Below are positions 47,123 to 64,000 of a stretch of DNA of 64,000 bases, in pieces. Below the pieces are notes generated by a model. The model did no database searches. It saw only the letters and a program-made list of their open reading frames with translations, and was not told where the DNA came from. Origin of the DNA: Chrysomallon squamiferum (lineage: Eukaryota > Animalia > Mollusca). A program made the position numbers and the translations under genes. The DNA lies in the NCBI GenBank assembly GCA_012295275.1, contig CM022670.1:25048001-25112000 (forward strand), read 5' to 3'. Position 1 is the first letter of the stretch. The number at the start of each line of letters is the position of its first letter.

Positions 47123-49018
47123 GTATACATAACAGGCATAGTGCATACATATTGATTTTTATATCACTGGGCATTATCTCTGTGTCGCAGGAGTCTGTAT
47201 GCAAAACTTCAGATAGCTTGCTTTTCTACATTGATTTCTTGTCGCCAGGTTATATTTAAATTTTAAATGTTGTTTTTAACATCATTTTCTTTTTAACGAT
47301 GGTGTATGCTTTCGCTGAATTCGCAAGTTACCAAAGTGTCCTTGTGTGTGTGACCTTACTGCATTGCTGTAACATATTTTATAAACATAATTTATAATAT
47401 TCGTTTACTTACAGCTTAATACAGCTACCGAAACTCTTAAATTTTTTGATAAGAAAGTCAACGGTAAAAACCAGTTAAATATTATTAAAATTATCACTTG
47501 ATTCACTGTCTTTTAATTGTATCCATATAAACTAATGGGATTGTTAGAAAATAATTATAATTTTAAATTTCCTCTATTTTAAAAAAAAAATTTTTAACAG
47601 TAACATGGTAGGGATGTATTGTTGACCAGGGAAAATCGGATTGTTTTTCTTTTCTGAATGATTAACATACATCTAATTCTGTCTTCAGTCTTGAAATGCA
47701 TTGTTTTTGTTATGTTTCCTCTGTCTAAACCTAATTTGTGTTCAGTGATACACCAGAATCGATAAACAAACAGGTTAATATACATTTCATTTCTTCATGC
47801 TTTTGCCTCTTTTGTTTTTTTGCTCTTAATAGCATATTCCCACAGGCTATTTCCAATTTCTGACTGTTAGTTCCCCATCATTGATTGATCAAAGGTAATG
47901 ACAGGTGTTTTCCTGTATATGAACTACAAAATCACTTATCGATAATTAGTAATCATTAGAATTGTGGCTTCAGGTTTCCTGTCTTTCGTAGGAACATTTC
48001 TCACACTGGTAACTATCAACAGCAAAATGTGTTGAGGTGTTGTCAAACAAAGAATATTCATTCATGTCTAATGTTATTTTGTACCTTAGTGAAGTCTTTC
48101 TTCCATCTGATTTAACTAATACTTTGTTTACTGAGTAAAAATGTAAACATGGAACTGTCATTCAGATCAGGTTTGGTAAATAATTTATTGGATTTGTTTC
48201 TGTAGAATATGAGAGAAATTCATGCATAATTGCACACAAGTATTCAGTTTTCGTCTTTGTTGACAAATATTTTGGTACTTTTAGTGTATTTTTCACCATA
48301 TTCCAGTATCAAACACAGATGTAATTTTATATAAATTATTTTCATTTCTAAATGGTGTAGAAAATAAGATAATTTGTATATAACACAGATACACACACAC
48401 ATCCACACACAAACACCCCCTACCCACCATACATACATACATAGATACAAACACATATATATATATACATATATATTTATATACAGACACACACACATAC
48501 ATACACATACATAATAATTTCATAAACCAATATAATGTATAGTTTTCTTATTTTTTAAATTTTTTTTTTTTTTTTTTTTTGGTCATCATTATCAGCTTAT
48601 AATTCAGTGGGGTTAAAAAAATATATATCTTTTCAATTTTAATAAAGGACAAAGAAATCAGTTAAGGTTTGAACATTTCAATTGATGTTACAAAAAGTTA
48701 TAATTTAGTTATAATTTTCAATGTTAAATAATTCTTATTAAATATTAAGACTGAATAAATGTAATGAAATTAGACCAAAAATCAGATAGTGACACCTAAA
48801 GAAACTTTAAATGTAAATAGTTATTAGGTATCAGATTCATTAAGGAAAAAAAAAAAAAATTAAGAAAGAGAGAGAAATTTCTTTACTACAATTACACTAA
48901 CTTTTACTTACTTGGTCTTAGCAACAGATCTTTTATATGACCTTACCACAGCATGAAAACCCAGGTTATTGTCTGGGATAAGCCAGTCAAGGGGCACTGA
49001 CTGGACTGGAATATAGAC

Positions 49019-49020
<2 letters not shown>

Positions 49021-49066
<46 letters not shown>
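49021..49066. repeat. (CA)n microsatellite
   Basis: Seen directly. Confidence 0.95.
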
Positions 49067-49067
<1 letters not shown>

Positions 49068-51665
49068 AAACAGGATTAATGTCGTAAGAAGTCAAACCTC
49101 AGGCCAGTGTCCTCATTACTATGCATCATTTCATATGTGTATGTTCTTTTTTCATATATTCCTCTAAATAACAAACAGTGCTATGAAACATTCATTGTGA
49201 AACTGATTCTGTCACAGCTTAATATTAACTGGATTTCTTGGGAAGGCAGGTGTTTCTTTCAGACAGCCTGAATATACAGTATTAACATACTGCGATAAAG
49301 GTACCAGTGTGGCAGCATGGTTCGATGACATATTAAAATTAAACTGACTGGTAGCTGACATATTCATCTTTTGTTAACACCATTTACAGAAGGTGGGTCT
49401 CTCTCTCGCACACACAAGAAGGAAAATATATTTTTTGAATTTGTTCTTTTATGTAGTTTTGATAATGCACTATGACTCATCAAAGTGCACTACTTGTACC
49501 TAAAAAACCTCTGACATAATTATATTTAAAAGCACCGATATAAAGTTAAAGACACATTCCTTTAGGGTTTTTTTTTTTTTTTCTGTAACTGTTTATATAA
49601 AAGCATATATCATTTTATTATTTCTTTGGCTTTAGATATCTAGGCTTATAACACAGTGTACTTTGTTAGTTTTGAGATGTTTTTCTACATGGATTATGTA
49701 AGTTTTGATATACTGGTAATATTTACATTTGTTTCAGTACTGTACAGAGCCTTTGGGATGTATGGCTGACCAAAAGGAAATGGAATAAATTATAATAAAA
49801 AACATATTACAAAAAATTATTTTTATTATCTTCATAATATATAAAACAAATTTTTTCATTTGTTAATGATTAATAATTTATCGTTTTGCTTTATTATTTA
49901 AATTTTATTTTAACTTGATGAATATGCAGACAAAGAAATCTAAGAACTAAACATTGTTTGTTCATTTTATTTTTATGTTATTTGTTTAACTTATATATAC
50001 AGGTTATTAAAATTTTATCTGTATGATCTCCATTTCATTTCATTTATTATTATATATATATTTATTTTTGAAAATATAATTTGATATAGTCAATACAAGT
50101 AACATAAAAAATAATAATTGCATTTTAATCATATCTTTTAGTTTGCACATGTATATAATTCTTTTATTATTGTTTTTTAAACCCAAACAACTGGTCTGGC
50201 CAATTAATAATCACATCCACATATTTTAGATAAAATGAAAATACTTTAAGCTGTAATATTATTTTTATTATTATGTTTATCAAAGTTATAAAATTCAAGA
50301 TAAATGTAACAAAGGAAGAATGATTATTTGAATGTTTATTTCAGTTTCTGCTACATATTATTTGATCATTTTGTTAAAAATTCTAAGCTGTACTTATTTT
50401 TTGATATTATATATTGAACTGAATTTTTAATTAAAATACAAAGATAAAAGAAAACACCTGATAGATGCTACAAAAAAACACTTTTCTTTGTGTGGAGTTT
50501 AAAACTTGAACATTACATCATTATCTATTAATAGCAGTCTTTGTCACAGTTCAGTTGTAACAAGTTTACATTAATGATGATGTTTTTGAAATACATATAT
50601 AAATCAAATTTTTCATTTTAAAAAGTTTATATGATCTGAACTAGTGTTATATATTAAGATAGCTCATCAATCTCAGGTTTGTGTCAATTTTGAAGTGACA
50701 TACATTTTAAGGTAGGTTGTTCTTTGTCCAGCTATTTATAGTATTCAGATACACAAAGTACACAGAAAAAGTTTAAAGAAAGGTCTTACAAAATCTGCTG
50801 TTTAATGCCTAATTAAAAAGCAAATATATGAAATGTAAATAAAAATCTAAATAAACAAAAATATTTATTCAAAAATAGTTTCATTTAAATTTCTGTACAT
50901 TTTTATTTAAATTTTGTTCAAACAAAAATTAAAAGTTGTAGTAATAAAGATAAATTCAAAGAAGACCATACAAAATGTTTATGGTTTTGCAGCCATTAAT
51001 AAGTTCAGTAGCTTAAGTATTAAGAAAACACTGACCAGAATTTGTTTGCATGATGGACATTAATAACTTGATCAGATCTTCTTGTTTGTCAGAAAAGAAG
51101 AAAGAAATAACAAAAGCCTTCTTAACTAGCCTAAGGATGAAAAATAGTAATAGAGTGATGATATTAGTCATAAATAAACATTTTCAGAAAGAATGTTGTT
51201 ATGACAAAACGATTAATACTTAAAAGATAATAGTGGAAAAAGTGTGTCGGTTTATTATGGAGAACTGGAAGTCGAAAAGATGTTACTCTCAGATGCTGTC
51301 CTACTTTTAAATATGTGGCACAGGTTTAGCTTTTGTGAGGTTGGTTGTAAGAATTCTTTGTAGTTGTGTTACAGGGAGGACTGCATGTCTCTTATTTGTC
51401 AGATTACATGAATCAACCTAATTAGTGGGATAAAATACATTTAAATTGGATGATAGTTGTTAAATAATCAGGGCTGGATTATTCAGTGGCTCAAAAAGAA
51501 GGTAGATATTATTGTATAAATAAGATCTATATTTTGTTTAGAATTTAAAATAAATGACACTGATAGTGACTTGAATCTGTCACTTTGTATTTAGTCCCAA
51601 CACCAGTGCAAATCAAAATATAATTTTTCTTGTTGTTCATTTAGTTTATTCTTTTTCTTCAGAAA

Positions 51666-52925
51666 ATGGAGTCTGATCCAGCTTCCCCTGCTCCACCTAT
51701 GCAGGATCAAGATCACATTCTGCGTGATGAATCTGACTTTATTGACAATGTTTCACAGTTTTTCAACAGAGAAGAGATAAGTGACGTTAAACTGAAGGTA
51801 GGCAGTACAACCTTCTTTGCTCACAAATTTGTACTTGCAAAATCAAGTGAAGTCTTTCGAACAATGTTGTACAACAAGGAGTGGACACAGGCAGGAATGC
51901 CCGAGGTTGAACTCAGTGAGAGTACAGAATGTGAAACTTACTTTGATAGATTCTTGAAGTTCTTGTACACTGCAAAAGTCAATATAAGTGTTGATTCTGC
52001 TGTTGGTATACTCTGCCTGGCTGACAAATATGGAGTTGGATCACTGAAGTATCTGTGTACCCAGTACATGGTAGAGAACACACAGTCACCAAAGGTAAAC
52101 AATGCTCTCAGATGGTACTCGTGGGCAAAAGCTTTGAACTTGGAAGGACTGATCGAATCATGCACTAAAACAATAGCATGGAATGCACAGTCACTTCTAA
52201 ACCTTAACGAATGGGTTAACATGGACATTGATTTTGTCAGTGATATTCTTAGCAATTCTGAACTTGTTGTCACTAACGAATGGATGATATATGAATCCTT
52301 AAAGAATTGGCTTCTTCATGAAAACCACGTTGACAATTTCAAAGAGAATGCACAGCGACTGTTACCAATGGTTCATTTCCCCCAGATGCTTGTCTCTCAG
52401 CTATACCGCATTGAAGATGACGATTTTGCTAAGCGAGAAGAAGTCAAAGATTTGATATCGGATCTTGTTGGTCAAGCTTATCGATTCAGATCTTTATGCC
52501 CATCACAGGTGGAACTGGGTGTCTCTTTTCTTGAATCTTTCTACCTTCCCCGCAACTACACTGATCTTACTGTTGACACGGTCCGTATGCAGAACACACT
52601 AAGGTTTGGAATTCAAGTTGATGTCCGAACATATGTTGGTCCTGTTCCTTCTGAGGATAAAAATGGAGAATGGAAGATCACATATCGAAAGACAAATGAG
52701 TGTTGGACTCTTCAGATTTACTGTCATGAATCTGCAATGGTGAACGGAGAGGCATGTGTTCAGGCAAGTCTGATTATCTATGATGATGAAGACAAAGTTG
52801 TTCAGGTTGAGTCTTCACCTGTCTTCTTCTGTTCTAGAGGAAACCATTTAAGCATGAATGTCAGTCTTCCTTCCACCGAGGAATCAAAACTGATGGGTGT
52901 GCTTATAAAACCAATGCCTCGCTAG
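51666..52925 (+). CDS. BTB/POZ-BACK domain protein, BTBD17-like (putative Cullin-3 adaptor); main exon begins at 51663
   Basis: 419-aa ORF with BTB (SDVKLKVG..FFAHKFVLAKSSEVFRTML, FLKFLYT, LADKYGV) and BACK (SELVVTNEWMIYESLKNW, VHFPQM, FYLPRNYT), followed by a beta-rich C-terminal domain. No kelch repeats. Confidence 0.9.
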   Translation: MESDPASPAPPMQDQDHILRDESDFIDNVSQFFNREEISDVKLKVGSTTFFAHKFVLAKSSEVFRTMLYNKEWTQAGMPEVELSESTECETYFDRFLKFLYTAKVNISVDSAVGILCLADKYGVGSLKYLCTQYMVENTQSPKVNNALRWYSWAKALNLEGLIESCTKTIAWNAQSLLNLNEWVNMDIDFVSDILSNSELVVTNEWMIYESLKNWLLHENHVDNFKENAQRLLPMVHFPQMLVSQLYRIEDDDFAKREEVKDLISDLVGQAYRFRSLCPSQVELGVSFLESFYLPRNYTDLTVDTVRMQNTLRFGIQVDVRTYVGPVPSEDKNGEWKITYRKTNECWTLQIYCHESAMVNGEACVQASLIIYDDEDKVVQVESSPVFFCSRGNHLSMNVSLPSTEESKLMGVLIKPMPR

Positions 52926-55900
52926 ATATTATTGTGCTGAAGAAGAGTGTTCTTACTTCTAAACATGCAGAAATAAGGGTAAAAGCAGAAACTGAAAGCA
53001 ATACAATACCAAGCACTGCATTTACTTGTGTTGAACACAGTTGTTTTTGCAATACATTAACTGCTTTCTCCTACACATCTACATTTTATTTATTACTATA
53101 TCTTTGGTGGTCAAGATTGTTATCTTTTCACTGGAAATTGGATTAAATTTCATTCTGAAGGCTAAAACTGTGATAGCTTGAAATCAAATAATGCCAAGTG
53201 AAAATGTTAAAACATTGTTAATTACAATTGTTTCTCTATTTGCTATATTTAGTATCTTATAACAAATTTGTTAATCTTTTTCCCACAATAAAATCTTTAT
53301 GTAATACTATCAAATAAGAATTTAAACAAATTGTATTTACCTAGTTTTTAATAAGTTTAAATGATTTTACATGACTTGGAGAAAAATGGTACGTATAAAA
53401 TTAGGGACTATTGGTAATTCGTCCTCTAATTTGGTACAAATAATTTGTTGCCATTATTTTCTTGCAACATAGCTTTTATTTGTTAGACATTTAATTTATG
53501 AACATCAAATCTCTAATGCATTGTCAAAAAATTTCTACTGATTCGATTCAGTTTATCTTTCATTTTGATATTTTTCTTACATATATTTCCACCTTTCGTA
53601 GCCAAACAAAGGGAATATGGGCTGTGATATATACCACTAGATTTTTCTAACTGTTTAATCATTTACACTTGATTTTAGAACTGTAAAATATTTCTTATAC
53701 ACTTTGCACTGCTTTTAAGATTGTCATGAATTTAATTAGCTTAACATTCCAAAATATTTATTTACTATTTTGTTATTCTTCTGCAACAACTGTAATGTTT
53801 TTAGATATATTTTATAGGATAAAAATAATTTTGTCTTAGAATTAATCCATACTGTATCAAAGAAAAAGGTATGTTTTACTTATTTAATATTCTTTCAAAC
53901 TGGCATTCCTCAGAGTAATTTGAATCAAGAGGTAAACTAATATATAATTATTAGAAAAATACTAAGGCCTCTGCTTATAATTCCCATATTTACAACATTC
54001 CATTTTTACGTAAGAAAATAATTTACATTAAAAAAACCCTTGCTGCAAGATATTTCTACCAATGCTATCATTATACTACCTGTAATAAAAAAAACTTTTT
54101 TATTTAAATTTATTTAAGAAATTGCGTTGTAGAGTATGTAGATGTGATGTATTTTTTCTGTTACACCTTATTTTCAAAACATTTTTAAAATGTAATTTCA
54201 TTTGTATCTTCTTTCAGAGTCCTGATTAGTTTTTACATTTGATACTGTATGACAATTTATAATAGTCTGGAATAAGCATTTCTGAAATACATCATATAAA
54301 GAAATTTTATATATATATTTATGAAATTGCAGTTCATATACATTTAATGTGAATTTGGGTGTTTAGAAAAGGAATTATGTCGTGCTATTTAAATTAGTTT
54401 ACAGCTGGTGCAAAATTTTGTCATTTGTCTCATTCATTATGAAAAAAATATATATATTGTTACTACATATAAGTATTTATTAAGTTTCTGCATGTATTTA
54501 GTTAATAATGTAAACTGATTGCTTCTTGAGCATTCTATTAAAGAACTGAACCATTTTAATGTTGTTATTTTTTTGAAAATTACTAACATTACATTAATTA
54601 GTGTGTATGTTTCAAAATAAATAAAAATAATTTTTGCAGCAATCTGTTGAATGTTTTATAAGTAACAAGACTTGGTATCTGTGGATATCTCACAATAATT
54701 TAGCTACTTAATATTAAACTTAAAACTAAATATACTTCACATTTAAATGTGATATGCAAATAATAAAATAAATAAATAATAATAATAATAATAATAAAAA
54801 TGAAATAAATAAAAATTCAGTATAATTTTGATAGTAGTCTTTTATTTTCTTTATAAATAAAAATTTAAAATCACAAGTTAAAAGATTAGAAGTCAATAGA
54901 ACAAAACAAATTTTATTTACTTAAAATTCCAAACAATTCAGACAAACTCAGAAGGAATAAGTAGGTCAGTTAAATTTATGCACATATTTTATTATTTATT
55001 TCTGCATAATAAATTGTCTTGAATTTGCTATCTCATGATAGTAGCAAAGAACAGTGATTATTTCTGCTTTAAGAGTTAATTTAGAAGACTGTCAAAGGGA
55101 AATCATTCATTTGAACTGTGAATATTAAAGGGAAATAACAAGGTAAATGTTGTACATGATAGTTCTAGAAAGCCATTTAAGAAATCCAAACAAACAGTAA
55201 GGTTTAAATAATTATGAAAACATATTAAAAGTGAGTAATAATACTGACATAATTAAACAGGAATTTATCAAAAATTTTAAATTGATTTTAAGATCTATAC
55301 TTCTTTTAGTAAATTTTATTATTATTTTATTGCTTTGTAACCAGTCCAAAAACGAAAGAAAAAAAAAAAAAATAAATAAATAAAAAAGAAAAAATAATAA
55401 AAGAAAATAAATTAAAAAAATAGTTACTTTCCAGACATAAAAACTGAATGAAATAAAAATAATTTTCACATGATTTTAATTATTTTGGTTAAATATGAAA
55501 ATTAGATACTTTAAAAACAGTATTAATTTCAGTTGCTGATAAAAGAGAAGGAACAGGAGAGAAAATAATTATTCCACAGGAATAAGTAAATGTGTTTGAC
55601 TGCCAAACATTAAGATAAATGGTAACAATAAAAATATACGATTCTTCAGAAAATAATCCCTCCCAAACACACACACAAGAATCCCTCCCCAGAACTAAAA
55701 ATACATTCGGTCCTTGAAATATAAAAAGAAGAAATGGCTTCTCTTGCCAAACATTTAATATCAGTTATAAACTGTTGAACACATAAGGAAAAAGAAATAA
55801 GAAAAAATGATTTCTCCAAAAAAAACACAAAAAAACCCAGAAAGTGAAAGAAAAATAATCTCTCAAAGAATTTTTTCTGTGATATATGAACAATAAAATC

Positions 55901-55976
55901 AAAACAGAAAACCTGAAAATGGAATGTTAAATGAAAATTTGATTAAGCACAGTTTTATAAACTGTGAACAAGCAAA

Positions 55977-59531
<3,555 letters not shown>

Positions 59532-59728
59532 CTTAGGTCAGTTTAAGACAAAAATCTTGAGATATTCTAGCACTTCTTGTCAGCTGGACGCCTCTAATCT
59601 TTCACTTTTTTGCTTTTTAGATGACGTCATCATTGTCGTGTTACATATTAGTTCTAAGGTCGTAGCAGAAGTAAAACGTATGAGAATGGCTGTAATACAT
59701 TTTTTTTTTTTTTTTTTTAATTATAAAT

Positions 59729-59730
<2 letters not shown>

Positions 59731-59803
<73 letters not shown>
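59731..59803. repeat. (CT)n microsatellite upstream of Dmrt
   Basis: Seen directly. Confidence 0.95.
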
Positions 59804-59813
<10 letters not shown>

Positions 59814-60270
59814 GAGGAAATAATTTCAGATACATGATTTATTGCTTTTTAACTTTTATACAAGTACTAAATAAAACGAACGCGCGCGCAAACTCAAATA
59901 TGTCAGTTGACCAGTACAGTTGTACTTTGTTGAATTATAACAATTTATTGTTGTTGTTGATATTCCAATTACATGATTTTCAACATTGTTATATTTAATT
60001 AAAGTATAGTCCTATAACAAAGCAAAACACTTTCACTTATTAATATTTATTATGAGTAGTTCGGTTTAGAAATATTTCTTGAAATATATATATATATATC
60101 CCCCCAAAAAAAAAAAATAATAAAAAAATAAAAAAGAAAGTTAGAATGAAAGACCATTATTTAGGTTGCAACCAAATATTAGTGCAAATATTAAAAATCA
60201 TTAACCCTGTCATTCTCTTTAGAAATATAAAGTAATAAAAATATATATATATATATATATAAAAAAAAAA

Positions 60271-60345
<75 letters not shown>

Positions 60346-61479
60346 ATAATAATAATAAAACAAAAAAAAACAGTTTTTGAAAAAAAAAGTTTTATTATTA
60401 TATGGGTTTAACTAATAAACTAGTATCAGTTTTATTATCTGAACTGTATATATTTATTTTATCATAATTAATCAATAAGGGGTAAAGGACCCTTAACAGT
60501 TGCTGGATGTCGGATGCTGCGTCTCATCTGTGATTATATACGATCGTCTTGGTGGGGAGGGAGAAACAAATAAAAAACATGAATGATTTCATTTTAGAAC
60601 TAAATTATATATATATATATATATAAAGAGGGGGGAAGCTTACTTGTAAAAGAAAAAGGTTTTAAAAAATTAAAAATGAATTAAAAGATTACGTTATATC
60701 TGTTAACGATTTACAGTTTAAAACCACAAAGTAAACTGGAGACTACAAAATAAAGTAGTTTATACTGCAAAGTAAACTATTTTATACCATCACTTTAAAT
60801 AAATAAGTAGACGTAGTAGTAGTAGTAGTAGTAGCTAGTAACAATAAGAATAATAATTATTATAATAGATTAATTTAAACAGAAACTGTTTAAGTTTGGC
60901 ATTTAAATGGATTAAACACACGGAACATTTTTGTGCAACGCCCCCATGGTATTCCATCCCTTTTGTCGATCAGCAAGTGCTTCAGCAGAGGTCGCATGTA
61001 TTAACTACTTACATCTACCTCTTTTGACACATACCCCCATCTCCCACCACTATCCGCCAACACATTGGGCGACAAACTTTTTAGACCATCGATTCCTTCA
61101 TGGAATCATTGATCCCTCATCGAATCCCAGGCAATTACCAAAAAAAAAAAAAAAAATTTATAATAATTAAGTTGTTTCCAAATACATTAGTGCAAAACTG
61201 TTGCATGGCCGTAATTAGACTCTTTGAAATGAAGCAAAACCCACTTAATCGCCGAGGACGAGGAGTCTGGATGCAGCCTAAGGTTCCCCACCCACCCAGA
61301 AGCTCCGACTCGAAAGAACAGAATTTTTATGTTTTTAAAATAAAATCTTTGTTTTAAAAAAAAATTATTAAATAAAAATAAGAAATCGTCAGTTTCGGTA
61401 TGATGCATATGCCTCATTTGCCTCAATGTAGTTACGACCATGTTTTGTTCTGTTTCCCCTATGAACATCTCTCAACTGA

Positions 61480-63205
61480 AGCACCAAGCTTGGGCCATTT
61501 AATAGCAGTATTTACACCATACCAATAGTTGCTGCGGCTCTTTACTTCTGAACAATGATTTTGCACCGAGATCCAGACACATTTCACACGAGTACATCTA
61601 AGTGAGATTCGGTGTCGGAATTTTCTATTTCCAAATCAAATGATGTAACAATCAAATCTCCAGCTCCTCGACTTCCAGTTGGCGTAAGTTTGAGTAATAT
61701 TTAAAAGCTTATGCACCAGTGAAGATTTTAAATAGTCCTGTTTTGACTTGGAAGCCTATTAGTATTCTTCGGACTTGAATAATTCTAACATTTTTACCTT
61801 GCAGACGTTTCTGTACTGCCTTAAATTTGTAATACAATAAGACAGATAGGTCTGCCAAATAAAGCAGATGGTTTCAACTCGTTATACAGTAATGGGTCCA
61901 CATCCGAAAGAAACTCCAGTTGATCTGTACACGTCATCACGTCTTTGCAAGCTATCATCTCTTGACAAACCACTTTACCTCATTGAGCAAAAGTAACTGG
62001 TTCATTGACATAATAATTGTTTTAAACAACATTGCAAACAGCCGCTAATTGAAAGGATGTGCTTTAATTTTATTGACTGACCTGATAAGCAGTTCAACTC
62101 TGAGTTTCTACAAGATGGTATCTGAGTAAAACACAGTGAACAGAATGTACATTGGAAACCTGTTCCTTGAGTAAGGCGGCGCACCCTCTGTAACGGTCAA
62201 CTAGTATTAGTGCACCATCGGTAGCCATTGCAGTAATATTCGCTAGGGGAACATTGTGTTTCTTCAAATAATCCTCCAAACATCCACAAATTGTCTCACC
62301 TTTCGCAACAACTTCAAGGTACTTATTAAACAAGAAGTTATTTATCTACAATGCACTTTAGGCTTGGACTATGATACATCACAAAGGCCATGTGAATATT
62401 TGAACTGACTAAATTTGGTTCATCCAACTGAACAGAAAAGTTACAACGCTGAAGCTGACAGGTCAAGGTTCTCTCCTAATCACCGGCCATCACATCAGTA
62501 CATCACTGCACTGTATTTGCACTTAAGGTTCACATTTTGAAATAGGCTGAGACTCTTATTTCATAACATTTTCAATCACATCTTTAATTGCTGGTTTTAT
62601 GATCTCTTCACCAGTCTTATACGATTTTCTTCTCTATGTGCCTTTAGTCCTCCTTCATTATCAGTACCGGCAGATATTTTTTAAAAAGTCTTTAAAATAT
62701 GCTAATTTCAGATTTCTGATTTCTGATAAGCTCTGGCTATCTCTGGGCACAAAATGACGAGATGGGATACTCGGTTTAGCATTGCCACAAAACAGATTTT
62801 CATTACGTACTCGAAAATAAAGCCAAGGTTAAGCTGAACTGTTTAATAATATTACCACACTGCAATATTAACGATCACTAATATAGTTAATACGTTTATC
62901 AATTATAAATATATATATATATATATGAAAATTAAAACATCATTATGTCAATTCATTTATGAGAAAACTGGTATCACAATCGTACATTACTTTGTGATTC
63001 TAGCTAATGATAAATTATTATAACTATATTATTATTATTATGTTTCACTAAAATTCAAATACGCAAATAAAATACATACATAAATTCAAAATGTGTAACA
63101 GCAAGTTATATGTCTATTTCTTATACGAATGTCAACATTCGACCCCAAAAGTTCAGTCAAACCCCTTTAACCCCCAGGCATTTTTCGACCCCTTGGAGAC
63201 CCCTG
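61480..63205 (-). mobile_element. Decayed hAT DNA transposon, Buster/Charlie type (ZBED5/SCAND3/FAM200-like transposase)
   Basis: Minus-strand fragments interrupted by stops and frameshifts: KSYKTGEEIIKPAIKDVI, LSANTVQ, FSVQLDE, GETICGCLEDYLKKHNVPLANITAMATDGA, VHSVHCVLLRYHL, EVKW. Terminus CAGGGGTCTCCAA at 63205, flanked by CTCTAACA (nnnTAnnn). Left end not found; left coordinate approximate. Confidence 0.85.
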
Positions 63206-64000
63206 CTCTAACACATAGTAAAATTGTACCAGCTTCAATACAGTGAAGGGCCTATTCCTGTTTTATCATAATGAAACAATAAGATCTCCTCATAAAAAAC
63301 TTTGTGTGCTTCGGTAACTATTAGTATGTTACAAATATAAATGTTACAAGAAAGTCGACAAAATAATACACCCAGTCGCTCCCCTGGTATTGTGCTTTGT
63401 ACTGCAAAACAACATGCGATCCTGTATTGATTCCCTGATATCACTGTCTTCAAAACAAAGTATTTTTAGGACCAGTACTGAGGTTTGGTGCATTTTGTAA
63501 TTATTTATCTTCAGAAACTCATTATACCATTCAGTTCATAGCAACGCCAAAATCAGTCGAGCAGAGGTTAGTTAAAAAGTTATCTTTGCAGAAATTATTA
63601 AATATAGATATAACGATACATGAAAATTTTGACATATAGACTAATACGAAAAACATTTTATTTGCAAATCAGTGAAAGTTCCGATGTTTTTAAAGAGAAA
63701 TTTTTTCTTTTATTTCATAAAATGTTTTGAAAAAGATAATTTTGATTACAGTTAAAGAAATCAAATTATGTACATATTCCTTATTTTATTTAGAAAATCT
63801 CAACATAATTTTTATTTTATGTTTAATTTTTAATAATTTATTAAGTAATTTTTATATTTTAATATTTATTTTTAAATAATGTCATTGTCCTTAATACACA
63901 CGGTGTTGTTTTGTTCTTTGTTATGTTTTGTTGTTTTGTTGTTGTTTTGGGGTGTTTTAATTTATTTATTTATTTATTTATTTTTATATTTAAAAAAGAA

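Noticed and set aside
51938-52273. 111-aa antisense ORF (and similar plus-strand ORFs over dynein exons)
   Set aside because: Shadow frames of real coding exons.
60931-61468. GC-richer segment with short ORFs
   Set aside because: No recognisable protein motif or splice structure; probably repeat debris beside the hAT element.
63235-63500. Short minus-strand ORFs to the right of the transposon
   Set aside because: No homology I can recognise and no supported exon chain.

Overview
AT-rich, intron-dense animal genomic DNA, probably lophotrochozoan or molluscan (inferred from gene content and protein style; not proven). I reconstructed five spliced genes by hand from GT-AG junctions and reading phase. 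(1) The 5' half of DYNC2H1 (cytoplasmic dynein-2 heavy chain, minus strand; 38 coding exons, ATG at 20055, running off the window just after the AAA3 P-loop). (2) A head-to-head DCUN1D4/5-type neddylation E3 on the plus strand. (3) FRG1 on the minus strand. (4) A head-to-head BTB-BACK (BTBD17-like) gene on the plus strand. (5) A short DMRT gene (185 aa, minus strand) with a divergent DM domain, almost invisible in the ORF track. A decayed hAT (Buster/Charlie-type) transposon lies at about 61.5-63.2 kb. Highlights: the divergent Dmrt with a uORF, a CRE and a forkhead-motif minisatellite; a candidate N-terminal switch in the DCN1-like gene (NLS exon versus MG-initiated exon, plus a DCUN1D4-like extension with no in-frame AUG); three in-frame candidate first exons for the BTB gene; DYNC2H1-DCUN1D5 head-to-head linkage as in human; four single-base frameshifts that look like consensus errors; and a nested intronic fold-back. 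No tRNA, rRNA or CRISPR was recognised. All homology statements come from recall of family sequences, not from database searches.
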